Shown here: positions 36,357 to 48,191 of the stretch, piece by piece
Numbering within the stretch: position 1 is the first letter of the stretch
How the letters are laid out: the number at the start of each line of letters is the position of its first letter
DNA from: Sulfurimonas sp.
GTDB taxonomy: Bacteria; Campylobacterota; Campylobacteria; Campylobacterales; Sulfurimonadaceae
Assembly (NCBI GenBank): GCA_028689055.1
Contig: JAQTWZ010000001.1
Location: forward strand, 106,786 to 170,785
Direction: 5' to 3'
Length of the DNA stretch: 64,000 nucleotides
Notes under the pieces: generated by a model
Databases searched by the model: none
Told to the model about the DNA's origin: nothing
What the model saw: only the letters and a program-made list of their open reading frames with translations
Made by a program: the position numbers and the translations under genes

Positions 36357-36805
36357 GTTTGTTATATCTCTACGATGGCTCTCTTGATGTGCCAAAAATT
36401 TTAAAAGAGTGGTATGAACAAGAAGCAAAGAGCAACTACGGAGCTTATATCCCTTTTGTGGGAACTGTTAGAAGTGAAGACGGGATTGATGGGCTTAGTT
36501 TTGATATTTATGAGCCGATACTTGGCTCATGGTTTGCCTCTTGGCAGCAAAAAGCCAAAGAAAAAGGCGCTGTTATAAAAATGGCACATAGCAAAGGTGA
36601 TGTAATGTTGCATGAATCTTCCTATATCGCCGCTGTTTTTTCACCTAAACGCAGGGTTGCTCTGGAGTTTATAGATGCCTTTGTGGAGGATTTCAAAGCA
36701 AGTGCTCCTATCTGGAAATATGATCTTATAGATGGTAAACGCGTTTATGCACTTGAACGTTCTACAGCGATTGCCGGAAGCGGTATTTTGGGAGTGAAAA
36801 AGTGA
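36344..36805 (+). CDS. moaE: Molybdopterin synthase catalytic subunit
   Basis: GAYIPFVGTVRSEDGIDGLSFDIYEPIL and APIWKYD. The true start is probably the TTG at 36353 or 36359, after GGAGG. Confidence 0.8.
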   Translation: MRRLSLLYLYDGSLDVPKILKEWYEQEAKSNYGAYIPFVGTVRSEDGIDGLSFDIYEPILGSWFASWQQKAKEKGAVIKMAHSKGDVMLHESSYIAAVFSPKRRVALEFIDAFVEDFKASAPIWKYDLIDGKRVYALERSTAIAGSGILGVKK

Positions 36806-38013
36806 GTTTTTTATCTTATGAAACAAGCCAAAATATGCTTGAACTACTGCATATCAATAGCACTAGATATGAAAAGGTTCCTCTTTCTTCATCTTTAGGA
36901 AGAGTTTTGACGCAGGATATCGTGGCTGCGTTTCATGATCCTCAGTTCCCGACGGCTTCTATGGACGGTTATGCGCTCATATACGAAGATATGGATGCTC
37001 CAACGGTTACTATCATAGGTGAGAATCCTGCGGGAAGTGATGAAAAAAGAACACTTTCTCGCGGCACATGTATCAAAACATTCACAGGCTCTATCATGCC
37101 TCATGGCGCAGATACGCTCATACAGATAGAAAATGTCACTGTAGAAGACGGCAAGATTATCATCAATGAAAAGGTTGCGTTTGGTTCTTCCGTGCGTCCT
37201 GTGGGTGAGAGCTACAGAGCCGGAGATGTTTTGATAGAAAAAGGGACAAAGATAGGATTTGCAGAAATCGGCGTGATGGCGGGGCTCAATCATGTGATGG
37301 TGCAAGTCGCACCGCGTCCCCGTGTAGCTGTGATAGCTACTGGAAGCGAGATCCTTGACCTTGGTGAAAACAGTAACAACCCCTCACAGATACGAAGTTC
37401 AAATAACTATACTCTTGCAGCTCTTTTTGAGTCTGCAGGTGCCCAAGTGCTTCAGTTGGGAACTGTCGGAGACAACAAAGAGTCCATCGCAAAAAGCTTT
37501 GAAAACGCACTTGCTTCAGCAGACATCTTAGTAAGTACGGGCGGTGTGAGTGTCGGAGATTATGATTTTGTAAAAGATATCATCCCGCGTTTAGGCGCTG
37601 AAGTAGTTTTTCAGGGTGTTGCTATCAAACCGGGCAAACACATAATCCTTGCACAAAAAGAGGGTAAATTTATCGTCTCTCTTCCCGGATTTGCTTACTC
37701 TTCAACGGTAACAGCTGTTTTGTACGTACTGCCTCTTATCGCTAAAATGCTTGGCAAAGAAGCCCCTTACAAAATGGTTGCTGCAAAACTCGCAGATGAT
37801 TTCAATAAACGCAGCAAACTTACTGAGTTTACCGCCTGTAATGTTCGCATTGAAGAGAATGAATATTTTGTAGATTTTGAAGGAAAAAAAACAGGCAGTT
37901 CAGCTATCCTCACAAATCTTTTGAGAGAAAGTGCGCTCATGATAAGCGGTGAAGAAGATAGTAATCTTTCTGCAGGCACTTTAGTGAATGTTATATTGTT
38001 AGAGAATTTTTAG
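36802..38013 (+). CDS. moeA: Molybdopterin molybdenumtransferase
   Basis: SMDGYAL, VRPVGES, ILVSTGGVSVGDYDFVKD, IKPGKH. Confidence 0.88.
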   Translation: MSFLSYETSQNMLELLHINSTRYEKVPLSSSLGRVLTQDIVAAFHDPQFPTASMDGYALIYEDMDAPTVTIIGENPAGSDEKRTLSRGTCIKTFTGSIMPHGADTLIQIENVTVEDGKIIINEKVAFGSSVRPVGESYRAGDVLIEKGTKIGFAEIGVMAGLNHVMVQVAPRPRVAVIATGSEILDLGENSNNPSQIRSSNNYTLAALFESAGAQVLQLGTVGDNKESIAKSFENALASADILVSTGGVSVGDYDFVKDIIPRLGAEVVFQGVAIKPGKHIILAQKEGKFIVSLPGFAYSSTVTAVLYVLPLIAKMLGKEAPYKMVAAKLADDFNKRSKLTEFTACNVRIEENEYFVDFEGKKTGSSAILTNLLRESALMISGEEDSNLSAGTLVNVILLENF

Positions 38014-38561
38014 TCGAATAAACCTTTTTCTAAAGCTTTGATCTTATAACTCTTTCTATGGATTTCAGAGTAGCCGTATTGTTTGATAAGTGCGACATGA
38101 CGAGCAGTTCCGTATCCTTTGTGTTTGTGGAGTTCATACTGCGGATACTCTTTTGCCAGTAGCAGTATATCTCTATCATGCGTCACCTTCGCAAGTATAG
38201 ATGCGGCACTCACCGCCGCTATTTTCCCATCCGCTTGTATCATTGTCTCAAGTCCATGGACTCCATAGGCAGAGTTGCCGTCAAAAAGATAATGCTCACT
38301 TTGTATGTTACCCATTATCTCTAAAAGTCCGCGTTTGAGGCAATTTGATATACCGTTTTCATCAATATCTTTGGCAGAGAATTTCACAATATGATAGCTT
38401 GCGTTTTGGATTATCAGTTCAAAAAGTGCTTCGCGTTTTTTCTCCGTAAGTTTTTTTGAGTCATTTAACCCTTCTATATGATTATGCAAAACGCAGCCTG
38501 CCATAACGAGGTCTCCAGCAAGAGGTCCGCGACCTGCTTCATCTATCCCACATAAACGCAT
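38010..38561 (-). CDS. rnhB: Ribonuclease HII
   Basis: MRLCGIDEAGRGPLAGDLV and DSKKLTEKKRE. Confidence 0.9.
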   Translation of the reverse strand: MRLCGIDEAGRGPLAGDLVMAGCVLHNHIEGLNDSKKLTEKKREALFELIIQNASYHIVKFSAKDIDENGISNCLKRGLLEIMGNIQSEHYLFDGNSAYGVHGLETMIQADGKIAAVSAASILAKVTHDRDILLLAKEYPQYELHKHKGYGTARHVALIKQYGYSEIHRKSYKIKALEKGLFD

Positions 38562-38562
38562 C

Positions 38563-39627
38563 TTAATCTCCTATCGCCCAAATATCAAATGGTACCATTT
38601 CTACTCTTGAGAGTGGGTGAGAGATACCTCCTTCTCTATTCATGGTTATTGCTGTTATCTTTTTTACCTGATATGAGAAGATAAAAGCTTCAATCTGCTC
38701 TATCTTTTTGAACAAAGAACGCTCATCGGCAAAGGGCATACAAAGGATAATCTCTTCACTTTGTGGCAGATAAAAATCTATACCGTCTTCATAATAACAC
38801 TCAACATCTGATTTGAGGAGCTCTAAAAACACCATGTTCTCAAAAAGTCTGCCAAAATGTTTTTCGATTGTGAGCGCTGATTTGAGTGCTATGTCGCAAA
38901 GATAAAGTTTTTTTGTTGCGTTTGGATTGTGAAATTTTTGAAGCTGATGGATATAGTTTTTTGTAAGAAGCGCTTCAAAAACTCTATAGAGTTTGTCTTT
39001 GGATATTTTTCTGCTTCCTTTGAGTCTCTCGTAGATAGTAAACGCAGAGAGTTTTTGTGCCATCATCTTCGTACAAAAACACAAAACATCAAACTCCATA
39101 ACATCAAGTGCAGCTTGCAAAATCTTTTGCACATAGATATTGCGGACATCTGCGTTTACCTTCTGCATAGAAGGCAAACCTCCAAGCTGAAAAAAGTGGT
39201 TGAGTGCACTTGAATCATACTTATATTCAAAGGCAAGAAACTCTTCATAATCAAGAGGATAAAGCCGTAGAGTTTTGAGATTATTAGTAGGATAGTGCTC
39301 TTCACAGACTATCATGAGCTGTGAAACATTTGGAAAGATTATGGACTCAATGTAGTTGTCTAAAACCAAGGTGTCGATTTTATTTTTTTTGCAAAAATCT
39401 CCTAAATATGTGTTTAGCTCATGGAGCTCAATACGCACATCACTACAGTCTATATAAAGGTAAGAGCTTTTTTTTAATGAGAGAAGATAATTTTTTACGA
39501 GTGAGCTTTTGCCGCTTTTAGTAATTCCATTGATTTGATAACTCATATCTTCCAAAAACATCTTTCTATCATGAAATTTATCTATCTGTAAATCAGTTTT
39601 GTAGAGTTCTTCAAGTAATATTTCCAT
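38563..39627 (-). CDS. Putative ATP-binding protein (AAA-like)
   Basis: Walker A-like INGITKSGKSSLV and Walker B-like TLVLDNY. Otherwise unrecognised. Confidence 0.55.
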   Translation of the reverse strand: MEILLEELYKTDLQIDKFHDRKMFLEDMSYQINGITKSGKSSLVKNYLLSLKKSSYLYIDCSDVRIELHELNTYLGDFCKKNKIDTLVLDNYIESIIFPNVSQLMIVCEEHYPTNNLKTLRLYPLDYEEFLAFEYKYDSSALNHFFQLGGLPSMQKVNADVRNIYVQKILQAALDVMEFDVLCFCTKMMAQKLSAFTIYERLKGSRKISKDKLYRVFEALLTKNYIHQLQKFHNPNATKKLYLCDIALKSALTIEKHFGRLFENMVFLELLKSDVECYYEDGIDFYLPQSEEIILCMPFADERSLFKKIEQIEAFIFSYQVKKITAITMNREGGISHPLSRVEMVPFDIWAIGD

Positions 39628-39803
39628 GTTTATCCATAAATTGAGTATTTAGAATTTTATCATTTCCTTATTAAAAGGAAATAAATTTAGCGTAAAATCA
39701 AAATTTACCCCTAAAATACTTGAATATGCAAAAGGGTTTGGGTACAATTCCACTCCCTTAAATAGTTAGGATAGGACCTAACGAGTTCTTTAGAAGGAAA
39801 AAC

Positions 39804-40115
39804 ATGGAAAAAATTCGTTTAAAATTGAAAGCTTACGATCATCGTGTATTAGATAGATCTGTAGCGTCAATCGTTGAGGCTGTAAAGCGTACTGGTGCTG
39901 TAATATGCGGACCGATCCCTTTACCAACAAAGATTCGTAAATATACTGTTTTAAAATCAGTTCACGTAAACAAAAAGTCTCGTGAGCAATTTGAAATTCG
40001 TATGCACGCAAGAATGATCGACATCATTTCTGCAACGCCAGAGACTGTTGATTCATTAATGAAACTAGATCTTGCACCGGAAGTGGACGTAGAAGTTCGC
40101 TCTATGGATAAGTAA
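39804..40115 (+). CDS. rpsJ: 30S ribosomal protein S10
   Basis: [19 protein letters not shown]... Confidence 0.97.
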   Translation: MEKIRLKLKAYDHRVLDRSVASIVEAVKRTGAVICGPIPLPTKIRKYTVLKSVHVNKKSREQFEIRMHARMIDIISATPETVDSLMKLDLAPEVDVEVRSMDK

Positions 40116-40125
40116 GGAGCTCATC

Positions 40126-40701
40126 GTGGAATATATTGTTGAAAAAATCGGTATGAGCCGTACGATCACGGTTCCAAGTAAACCAGTTACTCTTTTAAGA
40201 GTTTTGGATGCTACGGTATGTGAAGTAACTGAAGGTACTGCTATTGTTTCTTACAAAAGCGGTAAAAAAATGAATAAGTCAATTGAAGGTCAACAGAAAA
40301 AATACAGCCTTTCATCTGAGTTTAACCGTTTTGTTACTATGGAAGTAACAAACTCTGAAGCTGGTGAGTTAGATTTAACACCTTTAGCAGAAGCTAAAGT
40401 TTTAAAATCAACTTTCACAACTAAGGGTCGCGGTTTTACAGGTGCTATGAAGCGTTGGAATTTTAGCGGTGGTCCTGCTGAACACGGTCATAGATTTGGT
40501 CGTAGAACAGGTTCAATCGGTAATGCTGAGTGGCCAGGTCGTGTAATGAAGGGTAAAAAAATGCCTGGACAATACGGAAACACACAAAATAGTGTAAAAA
40601 ATGAGATCGTTTCTTATGACGCTGAAAACAAAATCATTGCGGTTTTAGGATCAGTTTCTGGTGCAAACGGTACTTTAGGTCGTGTAAAGGTAGCTAAGTA
40701 A
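40126..40701 (+). CDS. rplC: 50S ribosomal protein L3
   Basis: GTG start. [22 protein letters not shown]. Confidence 0.96.
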   Translation: MEYIVEKIGMSRTITVPSKPVTLLRVLDATVCEVTEGTAIVSYKSGKKMNKSIEGQQKKYSLSSEFNRFVTMEVTNSEAGELDLTPLAEAKVLKSTFTTKGRGFTGAMKRWNFSGGPAEHGHRFGRRTGSIGNAEWPGRVMKGKKMPGQYGNTQNSVKNEIVSYDAENKIIAVLGSVSGANGTLGRVKVAK

Positions 40702-41315
40702 TGAATGCAATCGTTTTAAATGAAAAAATGGAAAAAGCTTCTGAGTTAGCATTACCAGAGAGTTTTTCTGGAATTAATCCACACAACTTATATCTGTATG
40801 TAAAGTCTGCTCAGGCTGCACAACGTGCAAACTCAGCATCTGCTTTAACGCGTGCAGAAGTTCGTGGTGGTGGTAAAAAACCTTGGGCTCAAAAAGGTGG
40901 CGGACGTGCTCGTGCCGGTTCACGTCGTTCTCCAGTATTCGTAGGTGGTGGTAAGGCTTTTGGCCCGAAAAACAACCGTAACTACGATTTAAAAGTAAAT
41001 AAAAAGCAGAAAAAACTTGCTTTGAACTTTGCTTTAAATGAGCATGCTCAAAATGGAACTTTGTTTATTGTTGATAACTTTGAAGTTGCGTCTGGTAAAA
41101 CTAAAGATGCAAACGCAATGTTTAAAGCACTAAACCAAAGAGATGTACTTATTGTTAAGTCTATCTTGGATGAGAACACATTTTTAGCATTCAATAACCT
41201 TGCTCCGACATATGTTATTGAATCAAATGAATTAAACGCTTTCTTAGCTGCAAATTATCGTTCAATCGTGATCGAAAAAGCGGTATGGGAAAATCTTGTA
41301 AGTGAGGCTAAGTAA
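40701..41315 (+). CDS. rplD: 50S ribosomal protein L4
   Basis: [24 protein letters not shown]. Confidence 0.96.
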   Translation: MNAIVLNEKMEKASELALPESFSGINPHNLYLYVKSAQAAQRANSASALTRAEVRGGGKKPWAQKGGGRARAGSRRSPVFVGGGKAFGPKNNRNYDLKVNKKQKKLALNFALNEHAQNGTLFIVDNFEVASGKTKDANAMFKALNQRDVLIVKSILDENTFLAFNNLAPTYVIESNELNAFLAANYRSIVIEKAVWENLVSEAK

Positions 41316-41596
41316 TGGCAGATATTACAGATATTAAATCTATACTATATACAGAGAAGACTCTTGGTATGCAAGAAAACGGTGTTATCGTTGTTCAAAC
41401 GTCAACACGTATGACTAAGCCAGGTCTTAAAGAGGTTTTTCGTGAGTATTTTGGGATTATTCCAAACAAAATCAACTCATTGAATCAAGACGGAAAAAAG
41501 AAAAAATTCCGTGGTGTGTCAGGTAAACAAAACGACTTCAAAAAGTTCTATGTTACTCTACCTGAAGGTGCACAAATAGAAAGTTTGGCGGTGTAA
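41315..41596 (+). CDS. rplW: 50S ribosomal protein L23
   Basis: Position in the S10 operon. ILYTEKTL...KFYVTL. Confidence 0.93.
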   Translation: MADITDIKSILYTEKTLGMQENGVIVVQTSTRMTKPGLKEVFREYFGIIPNKINSLNQDGKKKKFRGVSGKQNDFKKFYVTLPEGAQIESLAV

Positions 41597-41597
41597 T

Positions 41598-42443
41598 ATG
41601 GCAATAAAAACATATAAACCAGTAACTCCATCACGTCGTTTTTATACGAACGTTGATTCTAGTGACATCACTGCAAAAGCAAGTGTTCGTTCTTTATTGA
41701 TTAAACTACCGGCTCATGCTGGACGTAACAATAATGGCCGTATAACATCTCGCCATAAGCAAGCTGGTGCAAAAAAGTTATATCGTATTGTTGACTTCAA
41801 AAGAAACAAATTTGATATTCCTGCAACTGTAAGTGCTATCGAATACGATCCATATCGTAACTGCCGTATCGCACTTGTTTCATACGCTGATGGTGAAAAG
41901 AGATATATTCTTCAACCAAAAGGTTTGAATGTAGGTGATGTTATCGCTTCTGCTGAATCTGGCTTGGACGTTAAACCAGGTAATGCAATGAAACTTAAAA
42001 ATATCCCTGTTGGTACAACTGTACACAACGTTGAGCTTAAAACTGGAAAAGGCGGACAAATGGTTCGTGCTGCTGGAACTTCTGCTCAAATCATGGGTCG
42101 TGATGGTAAATATGTATCACTACGTATGCCTTCGTCTGAAATGCGTTTAGTTTTAGGTGAGTGTTTAGCTACTATCGGAACTGTTGGTAATGAAGAGTAC
42201 GGCAATATCGTTATAGCGAAAGCTGGTCGTTCACGTCACATGGGTATTCGTCCTCAAACTCGTGGTTCTGCAATGAACCCTGTCGATCACCCGCATGGTG
42301 GTGGTGAAGGTAAAACGAATTCAGGTCGTCACCCAGTTACTCCATGGGGTAAACCAACGAAGGGTTCTAAAACTCGTCGTAACAAAGCTAGTGATAAACT
42401 TATTATTACTCGCCGTAAACCAAATGCAAAAAGGGTGGGATAA
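41598..42443 (+). CDS. rplB: 50S ribosomal protein L2
   Basis: [14 protein letters not shown]...[13 protein letters not shown]. Confidence 0.97.
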   Translation: MAIKTYKPVTPSRRFYTNVDSSDITAKASVRSLLIKLPAHAGRNNNGRITSRHKQAGAKKLYRIVDFKRNKFDIPATVSAIEYDPYRNCRIALVSYADGEKRYILQPKGLNVGDVIASAESGLDVKPGNAMKLKNIPVGTTVHNVELKTGKGGQMVRAAGTSAQIMGRDGKYVSLRMPSSEMRLVLGECLATIGTVGNEEYGNIVIAKAGRSRHMGIRPQTRGSAMNPVDHPHGGGEGKTNSGRHPVTPWGKPTKGSKTRRNKASDKLIITRRKPNAKRVG

Positions 42444-42721
42444 TGGCTCGTTCAGTAAAAAAAGGTCCATTTGTTGATGCTCATTTAATGAAAAAAGTTG
42501 AGGCTGCTAAAGCTGAAGGCAACAAAAAACCTATAAAAACATGGTCAAGAAGATCAGTAGTTCTTCCTGATATGATAGGTTTAACATTAAATGTTCACAA
42601 CGGACGTCAATTCGTTCCTGTATTCGTTTCAGAGAACCATATTGGTTATAAATTAGGTGAATTCGCACCAACTCGTACATTTAAGGGCCATAAAGGTTCT
42701 GTACAGAAAAAGGTAGGTTAA
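42443..42721 (+). CDS. rpsS: 30S ribosomal protein S19
   Basis: [12 protein letters not shown]...HNGRQFVPV. Confidence 0.97.
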   Translation: MARSVKKGPFVDAHLMKKVEAAKAEGNKKPIKTWSRRSVVLPDMIGLTLNVHNGRQFVPVFVSENHIGYKLGEFAPTRTFKGHKGSVQKKVG

Positions 42722-42723
42722 TC

Positions 42724-43041
42724 ATGGCTAGAGCATTATTAAAATTCATCCGTGTATCACCTATCAAATCTCGTCTTATTGCAAGAGAGATTCAAGGTAT
42801 GAATGCTGAAGCAGCACTTGCAGCATTAGAGTTTACTCCAAACAAAGCTGCTAAAATCATTGCTAAAGTAGTTGCATCTGCAGTTGCTAACAGTGGCAGT
42901 GAAGCTGAAGATTGTATTATCACATCTTGTCGTGTTGATAATGGTCCAGTACTAAAACGTTTCCGTCCACGTGCTCGTGGTATGGCTTCAGGTATTAGAA
43001 AACCGACAGCACACATCTTAGTAGAAGTAGAGGGTAAATAA
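42724..43041 (+). CDS. rplV: 50S ribosomal protein L22
   Basis: [24 protein letters not shown]...[15 protein letters not shown]. Confidence 0.96.
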   Translation: MARALLKFIRVSPIKSRLIAREIQGMNAEAALAALEFTPNKAAKIIAKVVASAVANSGSEAEDCIITSCRVDNGPVLKRFRPRARGMASGIRKPTAHILVEVEGK

Positions 43042-43042
43042 T

Positions 43043-43762
43043 ATGGGTCAGAAAGTTAATCCTATTGGTTTACGTCTTGGTATAAACCGCAATTGGGAGA
43101 GCCGTTGGTTCCCTAATTTTAAAACTGCTCCAGCAGCTTTGGGTGAAGATCACAAGATAAGAACATATTTGAAAAAAGAACTTTACTATGCGGGTGTTTC
43201 TAACATCATTATAGAAAGAACAGTAAAGAGACTTCGTGTAACTATCGTTGCTGCACGTCCTGGTATCATTATTGGTAAAAAAGGTGCTGACATTGAGAAA
43301 ATCAAAACTTCTCTTCAGACTTTAATCGGTAAAGAAGTTTCTGTAAACATCAAAGAAGAGAAAAAAGCTCAAACTTCAGCGCAACTTGTTGCTGAAAATG
43401 TAGCAACTCAACTTGAGCGTCGTGTTGCGTTTAGACGTGCGATGAAGAAAGTTATGCAAGGTGCTCAGAGATCTGGCGCTAAAGGTATCAAAGTTTCTGT
43501 TTCTGGCCGTTTGGGCGGAGCTGAAATGGCTCGTACTGAGTGGTACTTAGAGGGACGTGTTCCTCTTCATACTCTTCGTGCAAAAATCGATTACGGTTTT
43601 GCTGAAGCACACACTACATACGGTTGTATCGGTGTAAAAGTTTGGATATTCAAAGGTGAGGTTCTTACTAAAGGTATTCCTGCTGAAGCTAAAGAAGAAA
43701 AAACTGAGCAACGTCCACGTAAACGTGCTCCAAGACGTGAAAATAACGAAAAGGCTGAATAA
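43043..43762 (+). CDS. rpsC: 30S ribosomal protein S3
   Basis: [23 protein letters not shown]. Confidence 0.97.
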   Translation: MGQKVNPIGLRLGINRNWESRWFPNFKTAPAALGEDHKIRTYLKKELYYAGVSNIIIERTVKRLRVTIVAARPGIIIGKKGADIEKIKTSLQTLIGKEVSVNIKEEKKAQTSAQLVAENVATQLERRVAFRRAMKKVMQGAQRSGAKGIKVSVSGRLGGAEMARTEWYLEGRVPLHTLRAKIDYGFAEAHTTYGCIGVKVWIFKGEVLTKGIPAEAKEEKTEQRPRKRAPRRENNEKAE

Positions 43763-43764
43763 TT

Positions 43765-44190
43765 ATGTTGATGCCAAAAAGAACAAAATATCGTAAAGTA
43801 ATGAAAGGTCGTAACCGTGGCTATGCACGCTCTGGTTATACACTAGCTTTTGGTGATATCGGATTTAAAGCTGTAGAAGCGGGCCGTATTAACTCTCGTC
43901 AAATAGAGTCGGCTCGTATCTCTGCTACGCGTCACATCAAAAGATCTGGTAAGATTTGGATTCGTGTATTCCCAGCTAAACCATTGACAGCAAAACCTCT
44001 TGAAACTCGTATGGGTAAAGGTAAAGGTGGAGTTGATACATGGGTTATGAATATTAAACCAGGTCGTATAATATTCGAGATGGCTGGTGTACCGGAAGAG
44101 TTGGCGCGTGAAGCTCTAGCTCTTGCAATGCACAAATTACCATTTAAAACTAAAATTATCACTGCGGAGATGAACAATGAAATATTCTGA
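43765..44190 (+). CDS. rplP: 50S ribosomal protein L16
   Basis: [19 protein letters not shown]. Confidence 0.97.
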   Translation: MLMPKRTKYRKVMKGRNRGYARSGYTLAFGDIGFKAVEAGRINSRQIESARISATRHIKRSGKIWIRVFPAKPLTAKPLETRMGKGKGGVDTWVMNIKPGRIIFEMAGVPEELAREALALAMHKLPFKTKIITAEMNNEIF

Positions 44191-44365
44191 TTTAGCAGAT
44201 AAAAATTCAGCTGAGCTTTTAGCAATGCTAAAAACTAAAAAGACTGAACTTTTTACATTAAAAATTAAACAAAAGATGATGCAATTGCAAGATAGTAGTG
44301 AACTTAGAACTACTAAAAAAGACATTGCAAGAATCAATACTGCACTTACTGCAGTAGCAAACTAG
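44177..44365 (+). CDS. rpmC: 50S ribosomal protein L29
   Basis: Position, size (62 aa) and [20 protein letters not shown]. Confidence 0.93.
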   Translation: MKYSDLADKNSAELLAMLKTKKTELFTLKIKQKMMQLQDSSELRTTKKDIARINTALTAVAN

Positions 44366-44375
44366 GAGCACGGCA

Positions 44376-44624
44376 ATGACACATAAACGTGAAATTCAAG
44401 GTAACGTAGTAAAAATTGCAGGTGACAAAACAGTATCAATCGTTGTTGAGCGTCGTGTAATGCACCCTCGCTACCACAAAGTTGTAAAGCGTTTCAAAAA
44501 GTACCTAGTACATGATGAACGTAATGAAGTAAAAGTTGGCGATGAGATTATTGCAATCGAATGTCGTCCACTTTCTAAGACTAAATCTTTTAGACTTAAA
44601 ACTGTAATTTCAGGAGCGGAATAA
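44376..44624 (+). CDS. rpsQ: 30S ribosomal protein S17
   Basis: [27 protein letters not shown]. Confidence 0.96.
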   Translation: MTHKREIQGNVVKIAGDKTVSIVVERRVMHPRYHKVVKRFKKYLVHDERNEVKVGDEIIAIECRPLSKTKSFRLKTVISGAE

Positions 44625-44992
44625 TGATTCAAAGTTTTTCTCGTCTGAATGTAGCTGATAACACAGGTGCAAAAGAAATTATGTGTATTAAGGTACTTGG
44701 CGGTTCAAAACGTCGTTATGCTACAGTAGGTGATGTTATCATCGCTTCTGTAAAAAAAGCGATTCCAACTGCAAGAGTAAAAAAAGGTAAAGTTGTAAAA
44801 GCTGTTATCGTTAGAACAAAAAAAGAGATTCAACGTGAAAACGGTTCTCTTATTCGTTTTGATGACAATGCAGCTGTTATATTAGATGACAAGAGAGAAC
44901 CTATCGGTACTCGTATCTTCGGACCAATTGGTCGTGAAGTTCGTTACGCTGGATTTATGAAAATCGTATCTCTTGCACCGGAGGTTGTTTAA
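44624..44992 (+). CDS. rplN: 50S ribosomal protein L14
   Basis: [28 protein letters not shown]. Confidence 0.97.
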   Translation: MIQSFSRLNVADNTGAKEIMCIKVLGGSKRRYATVGDVIIASVKKAIPTARVKKGKVVKAVIVRTKKEIQRENGSLIRFDDNAAVILDDKREPIGTRIFGPIGREVRYAGFMKIVSLAPEVV

Positions 44993-45222
44993 TGGCAAAG
45001 TTTAATTTCAAAAAAGGTGATTTAGTAGAAATCATCGCGGGCGACGATCGTGGGACTAAAGCAACTGTTTTATCAGTAATGCCTAAGAAAAACAAGGTTA
45101 TCGTTGAGGGTTGTAAAATAGCTAAAAAAGCTATCAAACCAACTGAAGAGAATACTAAGGGCGGACACGTAAATAAAGAGATGCCTATTGATGTTTCTAA
45201 TGTTCGCAAAGTGGAGGCATAA
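44992..45222 (+). CDS. rplX: 50S ribosomal protein L24
   Basis: KKGDLVEIIAGDDRGTKATV (KOW motif). Confidence 0.95.
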   Translation: MAKFNFKKGDLVEIIAGDDRGTKATVLSVMPKKNKVIVEGCKIAKKAIKPTEENTKGGHVNKEMPIDVSNVRKVEA

Positions 45223-45226
45223 TTAG

Positions 45227-45772
45227 ATGGCTCGTTTAAAAGATAAATATTTAGCTTTGAAATCTGAATTACAAGCTGATTTAGGGATTAAAAACCCTAT
45301 GCAAACACCACAGTTAGATAAAATTGTTATCTCTGTTGGTGCTGGTTTTGCGATGAAAGATAACAAACTTATTCAAAACATTGAAGACACTATTACAGCG
45401 ATTGCCGGTCAAAAAGCATCTACAGTAATAGCAAAAAAATCAGTTGCTGGTTTTAAAGTGCGTGAAGGTATGCCAGTTGGTATCCGTGTAACACTTCGTG
45501 GTGAAAAAATGTATGATTTCTTTGATCGTTTGGTATCTATTGCACTTCCACGTGTAAAAGACTTCCGTGGTGTTCCAAGAAATGGTTTTGATGGTCGTGG
45601 TAACTATAACTTCGGTCTTCAAGAGCAACTTATTTTTACAGAAGTAAACTATGATTCTATCATGCAAATTCATGGTATGAACATTACTGTAGTTACAACT
45701 GCACAAACAGATAAGGCTTCATTTGCTCTTTTAGAGAAAATGGGTATGCCTTTTAGCAAAGGGAGCAAGTAA
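45227..45772 (+). CDS. rplE: 50S ribosomal protein L5
   Basis: MARLKDKY...[11 protein letters not shown]...[25 protein letters not shown]. Confidence 0.97.
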   Translation: MARLKDKYLALKSELQADLGIKNPMQTPQLDKIVISVGAGFAMKDNKLIQNIEDTITAIAGQKASTVIAKKSVAGFKVREGMPVGIRVTLRGEKMYDFFDRLVSIALPRVKDFRGVPRNGFDGRGNYNFGLQEQLIFTEVNYDSIMQIHGMNITVVTTAQTDKASFALLEKMGMPFSKGSK

Positions 45773-45957
45773 TGGCTAAGAAGTCAATGATTGCAAAAGC
45801 AAAAAGAACTCCAAAGTTTGCGGTACGTGCTTATACACGTTGTCAGATCTGTGGTCGTCCACACTCTGTAATAAGTGACTTCGGAATCTGTCGTATTTGT
45901 TTTAGAAAAATGGCAAATGAGGGATTAATCCCAGGTGTTAGAAAGTCTTCTTGGTAA
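45772..45957 (+). CDS. rpsN: 30S ribosomal protein S14 (short, zinc-ribbon type)
   Basis: 61 aa. CQICGRPHS...CRICFR. Confidence 0.96.
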   Translation: MAKKSMIAKAKRTPKFAVRAYTRCQICGRPHSVISDFGICRICFRKMANEGLIPGVRKSSW

Positions 45958-46023
45958 GCCAAGAAGAAACTCCTAATAATTAGCAGTCTGCGTTTGTGGA
46001 CTTGCAACAAAAGGAATTTATGA

Positions 46024-46419
46024 ATGATTAATGATTTAGTATCAGATGCATTGACACGTGTTCGTAATGCAGGTATGAGAAGATTAGCTGTTACTACTTT
46101 GGTTCACTCTAAGAGTGTTGAAGCTGTAGCAAATATCTTAGTTGAAAAAGGGTACCTTGAAAGTGCTAACGTTATCGAAGATGGCGTTAAAAAAACTATC
46201 AAAGTAGTACTTAAGTATGATGATAATGAAAAAAGTGTTATCAACGAACTTAAAAGAATATCTAAGCCAAGTCGCCGTATCTATAAAGGCAAAGATGAAA
46301 TTAAGCGTTTTAAAAACGGTTACGGTACTATTATTGTTAGTACATCACATGGCGTACTTGCTAATGATAAAGCTTATGAGCTTGGCATTGGTGGCGAAGT
46401 TATGTGTACTGTATGGTAG
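46024..46419 (+). CDS. rpsH: 30S ribosomal protein S8
   Basis: [18 protein letters not shown]. Confidence 0.97.
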   Translation: MINDLVSDALTRVRNAGMRRLAVTTLVHSKSVEAVANILVEKGYLESANVIEDGVKKTIKVVLKYDDNEKSVINELKRISKPSRRIYKGKDEIKRFKNGYGTIIVSTSHGVLANDKAYELGIGGEVMCTVW

Positions 46420-46431
46420 GGGGAGAATAAC

Positions 46432-46968
46432 ATGTCAAGAATTGGAAAAAATCCAGTAGAAGTTACTGCTGACATCAATGTTAGCGTAAATGGGAATGTT
46501 ATTACTTTTGCTAAAGGCAAAAATAGTGTAGATCTAGATACTAAAGGTAATGTTGGCTTTGTTGTCGATGGAAATCTTTTGACTTTCAGTACACTTTCTG
46601 ATGCACGTGAACACAGAGCTTTCTGGGGTACTTATCGCGCATTAGCTGCCAATATAGTTACTGGTTTAACAACTGGTTATACTAGAAAATTAGAGATTAA
46701 TGGTGTTGGTTACCGTGCTGCAGTTGATGGAAAAGTTTTAAAACTTCAACTTGGTTTTTCTCATGATATCAATTATGAGTTACCGGCTGGTATCGACGCT
46801 GTAGTTGAAAAAAATGTCATTACTCTTACGGGTCATGAAAAACAAACGATTGGTCAAGTAGCTGCTGAGATTAGATCATTCCGTCCACCAGAGCCTTACA
46901 AGGGTAAAGGTGTTAAATATATGGAAGAGTTTATTGTGCGTAAAGCCGGTAAAACTTCTAAAAAATAA
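46432..46968 (+). CDS. rplF: 50S ribosomal protein L6
   Basis: [11 protein letters not shown]...[12 protein letters not shown]. Confidence 0.97.
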   Translation: MSRIGKNPVEVTADINVSVNGNVITFAKGKNSVDLDTKGNVGFVVDGNLLTFSTLSDAREHRAFWGTYRALAANIVTGLTTGYTRKLEINGVGYRAAVDGKVLKLQLGFSHDINYELPAGIDAVVEKNVITLTGHEKQTIGQVAAEIRSFRPPEPYKGKGVKYMEEFIVRKAGKTSKK

Positions 46969-46981
46969 GGGAGGATGATAG

Positions 46982-47338
46982 ATGAATGCTAAAATATTAA
47001 AAAGCAAAGTAGCGAATCGTTTAAAACGTAAGCGTCGTATTCGTGCAAAAATATCTGGTTGTGCTTCTATGCCTCGTGTTTCTGTATTTCGTTCAAACCG
47101 CTATTTAAGTGTACAAGCTATTGATGATGCAACTGCAACAACATTGGCTGCATTACACTCAAAGGCTACAGGTCATAAATCGAACAAAGAAGGTGCTATT
47201 GCACTTGGTTCTGCATTCGCTGCAAAACTAAAAGAAGCAAACATTTCTGAGATCGTTTTTGATCGTAATGGTTACCAGTACCACGGCGTTATCGCTGCGT
47301 TTGGTGACGCACTTCGTGCAAACGAAATTAAGTTCTAG
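46982..47338 (+). CDS. rplR: 50S ribosomal protein L18
   Basis: [11 protein letters not shown]...[18 protein letters not shown]. Confidence 0.96.
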   Translation: MNAKILKSKVANRLKRKRRIRAKISGCASMPRVSVFRSNRYLSVQAIDDATATTLAALHSKATGHKSNKEGAIALGSAFAAKLKEANISEIVFDRNGYQYHGVIAAFGDALRANEIKF

Positions 47339-47343
47339 GGGTT

Positions 47344-47787
47344 ATGATGGAAATCAATAGAGAAGAATTTGAAGAATCAATAGTTAATATTGGTCGTGTT
47401 ACTAAAGTTGTTAAAGGTGGACGTCGTTTTCGTTTTACTGCTCTTATAGTGGTTGGAAACAAAAACGGTACTGTTGGATATGGCGTTGGTAAAGCAAAAG
47501 AGGTTCCGGATGCTATTAAAAAAGCTGTTGATAGTGCTTTCAAAAATTTAACAACTGTTAAAATTAAAGGTTCTACAATAGCTCATGATATCGAGCATAA
47601 ATACAATGCAAGTCGCATTTTATTGAAGCCTGCATCAGAAGGTACAGGGGTTATCGCCGGTGGAGCTGCTCGTCCAGTTCTTGAGCTTGCAGGTATTCAA
47701 GATATACTTACAAAATCAATCGGCTCAAACAATCCAAACACACTTGTACGTGCTACTGTTGAAGCACTGTCTCGTATAAAAGGATAG
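47344..47787 (+). CDS. rpsE: 30S ribosomal protein S5
   Basis: [42 protein letters not shown]. Confidence 0.97.
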   Translation: MMEINREEFEESIVNIGRVTKVVKGGRRFRFTALIVVGNKNGTVGYGVGKAKEVPDAIKKAVDSAFKNLTTVKIKGSTIAHDIEHKYNASRILLKPASEGTGVIAGGAARPVLELAGIQDILTKSIGSNNPNTLVRATVEALSRIKG

Positions 47788-48189
47788 ATGATGGGTATTG
47801 AAAATTTAACACCTGCAGAAGGTTCAACGGCAGCACGTAAGCGTGTTGGCCGTGGACAAGGTTCTGGTACTGGTAAGACTGCAGCTCGTGGTCAAAAAGG
47901 TCAGAAATCTCGTACAGGTTACAAAAGAAAAAGAAACTTTGAGGGTGGACAACAACCACTTGCAAAACGTTTACCAAAAATTGGTTTTACAGTGAATAAC
48001 ATAAAACCATATGTAATCAATGTAGAAAGAATTACAGCTGTTGCTGAACTAGCTGAGATTACTATGGAATCAATCCGTGGTGTTCATAAAGTTGCTGCAT
48101 CAGTGAAAATGATAAAACTAGTAGGTGCATCTGCAAAAGATTTAGCATCGAAAATTAAAGACGAAAACGTTATTACTACAGGTAAATAA
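47788..48189 (+). CDS. rplO: 50S ribosomal protein L15
   Basis: [24 protein letters not shown]. It follows rpsE directly, with no rpmD between them. Confidence 0.96.
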   Translation: MMGIENLTPAEGSTAARKRVGRGQGSGTGKTAARGQKGQKSRTGYKRKRNFEGGQQPLAKRLPKIGFTVNNIKPYVINVERITAVAELAEITMESIRGVHKVAASVKMIKLVGASAKDLASKIKDENVITTGK

Positions 48190-48191
48190 TT

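Noticed and set aside
45946-45967. Perfect 9-bp stem hairpin (TCTTCTTGG-TAAG-CCAAGAAGA) spanning the rpsN stop codon, in the unusual 66-nt rpsN-rpsH gap.
   Set aside because: It is probably an ordinary intercistronic mRNA structure, or a site for translational control or processing within the spc operon. There is no T-run after it, so it is not a terminator. I have nothing further to support a special role.
47787-47788. Absence of rpmD (L30) between rpsE and rplO.
   Set aside because: Loss of L30 is a known lineage feature of several bacterial groups including epsilonproteobacteria. It is not a local anomaly.
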